From NCBI GenBank assembly GCA_044237845.1, contig JBIIEL010000003.1, positions 32,925 to 96,924 of the forward strand: 64,000 nucleotides of DNA, read 5' to 3'. Of the stretch, positions 58,921 through 64,000 are shown piece after piece. The stretch comes from Rickettsiales bacterium (GTDB lineage Bacteria; Pseudomonadota; Alphaproteobacteria; Rickettsiales; UBA3002). The notes beneath the pieces were generated by a model that had not been told where the DNA came from, searched no databases, and saw nothing but the letters and a program-made list of their open reading frames with translations. Position 1 is the first letter of the stretch. The number at the start of each line of letters is the position of its first letter. A program made the position numbers and the translations under genes.

Positions 58921-59544
58921 ATGAGCAAACGCCATGCCGTAAAATATAAAATTTCCCGCCGTCTGGGCGAGTCCCTCTGGGGCCGCGCGAAGGATCCTGT
59001 AAACCGCCGTTCCTATGGCCCGGGCCAGCATGGTGCTGCCTCGAAAGGCAAAAAGAAACTGTCGGATTACGGTACGCAGCTCGTTGCGAAGCAAAAGCTG
59101 AAGTCGTACTACGGCAACATCACCGAGAAACAATTCGTGAAGCTCTACGAAGAAGCACGCCGTCTGAAAGGCGACAACTCGGAGAACCTGATTGGTCTGC
59201 TCGAGTCGCGCCTGGATGCGGTGATCTACCGCATGTGCGTGGTGCCGACCGTATTCGCTGCACGCCAGTTCGTGAACCACGGCCACGTGAAAGTGAACGG
59301 CAAGCGCGTGAACATCGCGAGCTACCGCGTGAACGAAGGCGACGTGATCGAAGTGCGTGAGCGCAGCAAGCAGATGACCATGGTGATTGAGGCCATGCAG
59401 TCGCCAGAGCGTGACGTGCCGGATTACATCGACATGGACGAAAAGGCGCTGAAAGCTACCTTCACCCGCACCCCGAAACTCTCGGACGTGCCGTATCCGG
59501 TGAAAATGGAACCGCATCTGGTGGTGGAATTCTATTCGCGCTAG
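58921..59544 (+). CDS. rpsD: 30S ribosomal protein S4
   Basis: [26 protein letters not shown]...[13 protein letters not shown]...RLDAVIYR...[24 protein letters not shown]. Confidence 0.95.
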   Translation: MSKRHAVKYKISRRLGESLWGRAKDPVNRRSYGPGQHGAASKGKKKLSDYGTQLVAKQKLKSYYGNITEKQFVKLYEEARRLKGDNSENLIGLLESRLDAVIYRMCVVPTVFAARQFVNHGHVKVNGKRVNIASYRVNEGDVIEVRERSKQMTMVIEAMQSPERDVPDYIDMDEKALKATFTRTPKLSDVPYPVKMEPHLVVEFYSR

Positions 59545-59566
59545 TTCGATTCTTCAGAATCTATCG

Positions 59567-59594
59567 AAAAGGGCAGCTTCGGCTGCCCTTTTTA
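59567..59594 (+). terminator. Rho-independent terminator of rpsD
   Basis: aaaaGGGCAGCttcgGCTGCCCttttta. Confidence 0.8.
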
Positions 59595-59629
59595 TTTCGG
59601 CATTGTTCGTTTCATGCTAGAGTTGCTCT

Positions 59630-60145
59630 ATGAAAAAGCTCACCGCTCCCAAACCTTCCGGCGATATCGAAGCCATTCTGCGCGATAAGGCGGACGAGAT
59701 TCAGGCCTTGATCGAGGCGATTGCGGCGGGGGAGCCGGACTGCGATATCCGGCTCGCCGAACTGCTCGAAGGCGAGGCAGAGCTGGGGCGCACGGCGATT
59801 GTCGAGAAGCTACGCGAATTGCTGCGCGAGCGCGCGGCCGAAAAAGAGCAGGAGCTCGACAAACATCTCGAAGCCAACAAACGCGTGGAGGTGACGCGCC
59901 AGCGCAACCGCTTCATTCAGTGGCTGACCTGGATTATGTCGGAAGAAACGCTGCGTAAATTGCGCGAGGCATTTCTCGCGAGCCCGGGGGTCGAAAAATC
60001 CGTGCGCAATATCGGCCATGAACTCGCCAATTTCGGCGTGCAGACGCAGTTGGCGGATAAGCGCGAACTGGGCGAACTCTCTGCGAATGTAAGTCCCGCG
60101 CAAGGCCAAGGCCGCGACAAGGGCAAAGGCGAGGGGCGGGGATAG
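59630..60145 (+). CDS. Hypothetical protein (helical, charged)
   Basis: 171 aa with GC-typical codon usage. There is no SD. TAGAGT lies 6 nt upstream of the ATG, suggesting a leaderless mRNA. No known domain. Confidence 0.5.
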   Translation: MKKLTAPKPSGDIEAILRDKADEIQALIEAIAAGEPDCDIRLAELLEGEAELGRTAIVEKLRELLRERAAEKEQELDKHLEANKRVEVTRQRNRFIQWLTWIMSEETLRKLREAFLASPGVEKSVRNIGHELANFGVQTQLADKRELGELSANVSPAQGQGRDKGKGEGRG

Positions 60146-60154
60146 TTGGGTTCA

Positions 60155-60586
60155 TCAATCCGATACGTTGAAGGGCACGCTTTTTAGCCGGATATTGGAG
60201 ACGCTATCGGTGAACACGACCGTAATGTGTTGATCCACACCGGGCTTATGCACATAACGCAGGCTTAGCACGCGCTGATAATACTCGCCCGGCTTGATGA
60301 TATCCGTCTCAACGCGATTCTCGTCGCATGCATCTGGTAACCCCCCTGAAAGCGTGCCACCCTCAACCTGCCAGTTATCCTGATACGAGCAGGCCATCAG
60401 GTGTATCTTCTGGTCTAGCCGACTGTTGTTACGTATCCGCGCGAAGACAGAAAAAGGTTGGTCGGGAACAATCTCCATGTCCTTGGTTTCCATTTCAAGG
60501 GACAGAGCTTCGGGACGGGCATGCGCTGCGGCAGCGGATGTCAGTAGTACCGTGAGAGCACAAAAAACGCTGCGAAAACGCATCAT
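60155..60586 (-). CDS. Secreted hypothetical protein
   Basis: 143 aa with signal peptide MMRFRSVFCALTVLLTSAAAAHA. The ATG overlaps the grxD stop (TAATG), implying co-translation with grxD. Confidence 0.55.
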   Translation of the reverse strand: MMRFRSVFCALTVLLTSAAAAHARPEALSLEMETKDMEIVPDQPFSVFARIRNNSRLDQKIHLMACSYQDNWQVEGGTLSGGLPDACDENRVETDIIKPGEYYQRVLSLRYVHKPGVDQHITVVFTDSVSNIRLKSVPFNVSD

Positions 60587-60936
60587 TACGCCGCGTCGGC
60601 TTCTTTAAACGCGATGCCTTTTTCTTTCAGCAGGGTTTGCAGCTCGCCGGATTGGTACATGTCGCGCACGATGTCGCAGCCACCGATGAACTCGCCCTTC
60701 ACATAAAGCTGCGGAATGGTCGGCCAGTTGGTGAAGGCCTTGATACCCTCGCGGATTTCGGCGTCGGCCAGCACGTTGACATCATGATAGTCGCTGATGC
60801 CGAGGCGCTCCATGACAGCGGCGACAGTAGCGGAAAACCCGCATTGCGGCAGCTTTTTGCTGCCCTTCATGTAGAGCACGATGTCGTGGGTGTTAATGTC
60901 AGCCTCGATACGGGCGAAAACGGGGTTCTCGGTCAT
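60586..60936 (-). CDS. grxD: Monothiol glutaredoxin (Grx4/GrxD family)
   Basis: MTENPVFARIEADINTHDIVLYMKGSKKLPQCGFSATV...WPTIPQLYVKGEFIGGCDI contains the CGFS active site. The start is trimmed to ATG 60936. Confidence 0.85.
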   Translation of the reverse strand: MTENPVFARIEADINTHDIVLYMKGSKKLPQCGFSATVAAVMERLGISDYHDVNVLADAEIREGIKAFTNWPTIPQLYVKGEFIGGCDIVRDMYQSGELQTLLKEKGIAFKEADAA

Positions 60937-60943
60937 GCTGTCC

Positions 60944-61360
60944 TCACTGAAAATGAACGGTCTCGGTGCCATCCGGCTCCCAGGTGGAGCGGGTGGCGGG
61001 TGCGGTATCAATCGCTCTGCTTATACGCTGCTGAAGGTCGCTATTGCAAGCATCAAGCGCGGGTTTCATGGCGGCGGTGAGGCGTTCGGGTTGTTTTTTC
61101 TGCGCGAGGTCGAACAGGTCGGCGTTGGTAAAAGCGATGGGGTCGCTCACGCAGTGGCAGTATGCATCGGCCTGCGCGGGGCTGATGATCGACGCGGGCG
61201 CATAGGCGATGTTCTCGTCTTTCAGATGGGCCTGGCAGGCGGTGAAGCTCGCGGCGCGTGATTTGGTTTCGAGCTTGGTAATGAGAAACGGCAGCCCGAA
61301 CAGGTAGAAGATCGGCGCAGCAATCGCCCAGAATATCAGTGATCGTATCAACCAGCGCAT
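60944..61360 (-). CDS. Membrane-anchored hypothetical protein
   Basis: MRWLIRSLIFWAIAAPIFYLFGLPFLI provides a TM helix, followed by a soluble domain with four Cys. It is the only plausible part of track ORF 60944..61636. Confidence 0.45.
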   Translation of the reverse strand: MRWLIRSLIFWAIAAPIFYLFGLPFLITKLETKSRAASFTACQAHLKDENIAYAPASIISPAQADAYCHCVSDPIAFTNADLFDLAQKKQPERLTAAMKPALDACNSDLQQRISRAIDTAPATRSTWEPDGTETVHFQ

Positions 61361-61493
61361 GGGAACTCCTTTGCCACGAATATCGCCGATTCTGCCGGAT
61401 GGCAAGAAGGTTGAAAACTGCACGCTTTCGCTGGAAGGGGAATTTTTTTTGGTGTAGACACGCCGCATCCCACTTTTAGCGATAAGGCCGCCC

Positions 61494-63713
61494 ATGACCA
61501 CCGCGATGAAACAAACACTCCCCAGCAAATCCAGCATTCCGGCGCATATTATCGAGGCGCACGGGCTGACGATGGACGAATATGCCCGCGTGGAGGAGAT
61601 TCTCGGCCGCACGCCGAACCTCGTGGAGCTTGGCATTTTCAGCGTGATGTGGAGCGAGCATTGCAGCTATAAAACGACGCGCAAGCATCTTTCCAAATTC
61701 CCGACGACGGGCCCGCAGGTGATCTGCGGCCCCGGCGAAAACGCGGGCGTGGTGGATATCGGCGACGGGCAAGCCTGCATTTTCAAAATGGAATCGCACA
61801 ACCACCCGAGCTTCATCGAGCCGTTCCAAGGCGCGGCGACGGGTGTCGGCGGCATTCTGCGTGACGTGTTCACCATGGGCGCGCGCCCGGTGGCGCTGAT
61901 GAATTCGCTGCGCTTCGGCGCGCCGGACGCACCGCGCACGCGCCGCATTGTGGAAGGCGTGGTGGCGGGGATCTCGCATTACGGCAACTGTGTGGGTGTG
62001 CCGACGGTGGGCGGCGAAGCAATTTTCCACGCGAGCTATAACGGCAACCCGCTCGTCAACGCGATGGCAGTGGGCATTGCGGATACGGACAAGATTTTTT
62101 ACTCCAAGGCTTCGGGCGTAGGCAACTCGGTGATTTATTTCGGCGCGAAAACCGGGCGCGACGGCATCCACGGCGCGACGATGGCGAGCGCGGAGTTCGA
62201 CGAGAAATCCGAGGAAAAACGCCCGACCGTGCAGGTGGGTGACCCGTTCATGGAGAAACTGCTCATCGAGGCGAGCCTTGAGCTGATGGCAACGGATGTC
62301 GTGGTCTCGATTCAGGATATGGGCGCGGCGGGGCTGACCTGTTCGAGCCTCGAGATGGCGAGTAAGGGCAATCTTGGTATTACGCTCGACCTCGAAACCG
62401 TGCCGATGCGCGAAGAGGGGATGACGCCCTATGAAATTATGCTCAGCGAATCGCAGGAGCGGATGCTGATGGTGGCCAAACCCGGCCGCGAGGCAGAGGC
62501 GTTCGCGATTTTCAAAAAATGGGGTTTGGCCTACGCGAATATCGGCACGCTGACCGATACGGGGCGCATGGTGCTGACGATGATGGGCGACGTGGTGTGC
62601 GATATTCCCGTCGCGCCGCTCTCCGACGCGGCCCCGGTCTATGACCGCCCGTATGTGCTGACGCCGAAGCCTGCGATGCTTTCGTATGACGATGTTCCCG
62701 CTGCGCCGATCGGTACCGCGCTCGCGAAGCTGATGGCCTGCCCGGATATCGCCAGCAAGCGCTGGATCTGGACGCAGTACGACCATATGGTGATGAACGA
62801 CACGGTGGCGCGCCCGGGTGGCGACGCGGCGGTGGTGCGTGTGCATGGCACGAAAAAAGCGCTCGCGATCACGACGGATTGCACCCCGCGCTATGTGGAA
62901 GCCGACCCGTATGAGGGCGGCAAACAGGCTGTTGCCGAAACATGGCGGAACCTAACCGCTGTGGGCGCGACGCCGCTGGCGATTACCGACTGCCTCAACT
63001 TCGCCAGCCCGCAACGGCCGGAGGTGATGGGGCAAATCGTCGGCGCGATCGAGGGCATGGCGGAAGCGTGTAAGGCGCTTTCGTACCCCGTCGTTTCCGG
63101 CAACGTGTCGCTCTATAATGAAACGCAGGGCAAAGGCGTACAGCCGACGCCGGCCGTCGGCGGTGTGGGGCTGCTGGCAGATGGCGCAACGCGCGTGGGC
63201 AATGCGTTCACAGAAATCGGCGAGGCGGTGATTCTCGTCGGCGAGACGCGCGGGCATCTCGGGGCATCGCTCTATTTGCGCGAGATCGCGGGGCGTGAAG
63301 AAGGCGCGCCGCCGAGTGTGGATCTCGCGGCGGAGAAAAAATACGGCGACCTCGTGCGTGCATTGATTGGTAAAGGTATGGTTTCCGCCTGCCATGACCT
63401 CGCGGATGGTGGGCTGCTGGTGGCGCTGGCGGAGATGTGTCTGCCGCGCGGCATCGGTGCGCAGGTGCGCTTCCCGGGCACGATTCCGGCGCATGCCTAT
63501 GCGTTCGGCGAAGACCAGGCGCGCTATCTGCTGGCCGTGCCTGCGGCGCAGAAAGACATGGTGCTGATGGCGCTCAACCACGCTTCCGTGCCATTTGCCG
63601 ATCTTGGCACAACGATTGCAGACTTACTCATCGTCGAGGACCAGTTGCGTGCGCCGGTCGCGCATCTTTCTGCCCTCAACGAGGCATGGCTGCCGGAGTA
63701 TATGGCCGGATAG
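61494..63713 (+). CDS. purL: Phosphoribosylformylglycinamidine synthase subunit PurL
   Basis: 739 aa. [22 protein letters not shown], and full-length similarity to small-type PurL. Confidence 0.95.
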   Translation: MTTAMKQTLPSKSSIPAHIIEAHGLTMDEYARVEEILGRTPNLVELGIFSVMWSEHCSYKTTRKHLSKFPTTGPQVICGPGENAGVVDIGDGQACIFKMESHNHPSFIEPFQGAATGVGGILRDVFTMGARPVALMNSLRFGAPDAPRTRRIVEGVVAGISHYGNCVGVPTVGGEAIFHASYNGNPLVNAMAVGIADTDKIFYSKASGVGNSVIYFGAKTGRDGIHGATMASAEFDEKSEEKRPTVQVGDPFMEKLLIEASLELMATDVVVSIQDMGAAGLTCSSLEMASKGNLGITLDLETVPMREEGMTPYEIMLSESQERMLMVAKPGREAEAFAIFKKWGLAYANIGTLTDTGRMVLTMMGDVVCDIPVAPLSDAAPVYDRPYVLTPKPAMLSYDDVPAAPIGTALAKLMACPDIASKRWIWTQYDHMVMNDTVARPGGDAAVVRVHGTKKALAITTDCTPRYVEADPYEGGKQAVAETWRNLTAVGATPLAITDCLNFASPQRPEVMGQIVGAIEGMAEACKALSYPVVSGNVSLYNETQGKGVQPTPAVGGVGLLADGATRVGNAFTEIGEAVILVGETRGHLGASLYLREIAGREEGAPPSVDLAAEKKYGDLVRALIGKGMVSACHDLADGGLLVALAEMCLPRGIGAQVRFPGTIPAHAYAFGEDQARYLLAVPAAQKDMVLMALNHASVPFADLGTTIADLLIVEDQLRAPVAHLSALNEAWLPEYMAG

Positions 63714-63723
63714 TGTCGCCACA

Positions 63724-63840
63724 CGCTACTAGGGCTTGCTGCAAACAGCGAGTTTTTGCGCTTCCGCTCCGCATGTACTTAAGTGTACATTTGCGGTGCG
63801 GTTCTCAAACTCACTGTTTTCGCTAGCGCCCTAGCGCATG
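63724..63840. repeat. Large imperfect palindromic element centred on GTACTTAAGTGTAC
   Basis: The left arm is cgctactagggcttgctgcaaacagcgagtttttgcgcttccgctccgcatgtactt. The right arm's reverse complement is cgctagggcgctagcgaaaacagtgagtttgagaaccgcaccgcaaatgtacactt. The arms were aligned by eye with a few indels. Confidence 0.65.
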
Positions 63841-63888
63841 TGACAACACTATCTGCAAAACGCGATAACATAGACGTAAGGAGTCATC

Positions 63889-64000
63889 ATGACGGAGCAG
63901 TCTTCCACCCCTAAGGTCTATGTGGAATCAGTACGCGGGCAATATGAGATTCTGCCCTATCCGCCGCGTGATTACAGCAATGAGCGCGCGCATCTTTATA
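63889..64000 (+). CDS. 5' end of an unidentified CDS (runs off window); possibly a SAM-dependent methyltransferase
   Basis: AAGGAG lies 6 nt upstream of the ATG. The translation MTEQSSTPKVYVESVRGQYEILPYPPRDYSNERAHLY resembles N-termini of some class I methyltransferases, from memory only. Confidence 0.4.
   Translation, partial: MTEQSSTPKVYVESVRGQYEILPYPPRDYSNERAHLY

Overview
Chromosomal segment of a moderately GC-rich alphaproteobacterium. The diagnostic set is a Cys-less alpha-type DksA, fliX beside flgI, usg, an NDUFA12-like/MlaD/DUF2155 cluster, CyaY, Grx4, YgfZ and ETF. I cannot name the organism. I call about 65 protein-coding genes and one tRNA-Thr(CGU). I found no rRNA, CRISPR array, transposase or prophage. 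The backbone is housekeeping (pgk, class I fba, thiE, efp, IMPase, PBP1A, dnaG, rpoD, aroK-aroB, etfBA, nadE, gltX-cysS, rpsD, grxD, purL). It also holds the edge of a sigma-54-driven flagellar cluster (flgI, flgJ-like, FlgN-like, fliW, fliS, FliK-like). The main signal is nine orphan transcription units wedged between normally adjacent conserved genes (flgI|fliX, dnaG|rpoD, DUF2155|xerD, corC|permease, nadE|gltX, trmJ|rpsD). All nine carry the same upstream element, a direct repeat (G/T)TCA(C/T)A-N5-(G/T)TCA(C/T)A, typically aaTTGTCACAAAAsCTTCACACA. The half-sites are 11 bp apart and resemble a Pho box or other OmpR-family site. The box always lies 20-21 nt upstream of a -10 hexamer. The products are an ankyrin-repeat protein, an SLT transglycosylase and a peptidoglycan-binding-domain protein that both lack signal peptides, glycine-rich bilobed-hydrophobic membrane proteins, and small unknowns. 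I read this as a dispersed, co-regulated accessory (effector-like) regulon whose regulator and export route lie outside the window. Other points: three dispersed prepilin-like paralogues with Ala at -1 and no assembly genes; Lys/Ala/Pro histone-H1-like tails fused to the N-termini of both DksA and sigma-70, the latter containing a 5 x 15 bp in-frame tandem repeat; an EF-P whose loop tip is Asn rather than the modifiable Lys/Arg; and several long palindromic REP/MITE-like elements bordering the islands. All calls rest on reading the translations and DNA by eye; no database search was run.
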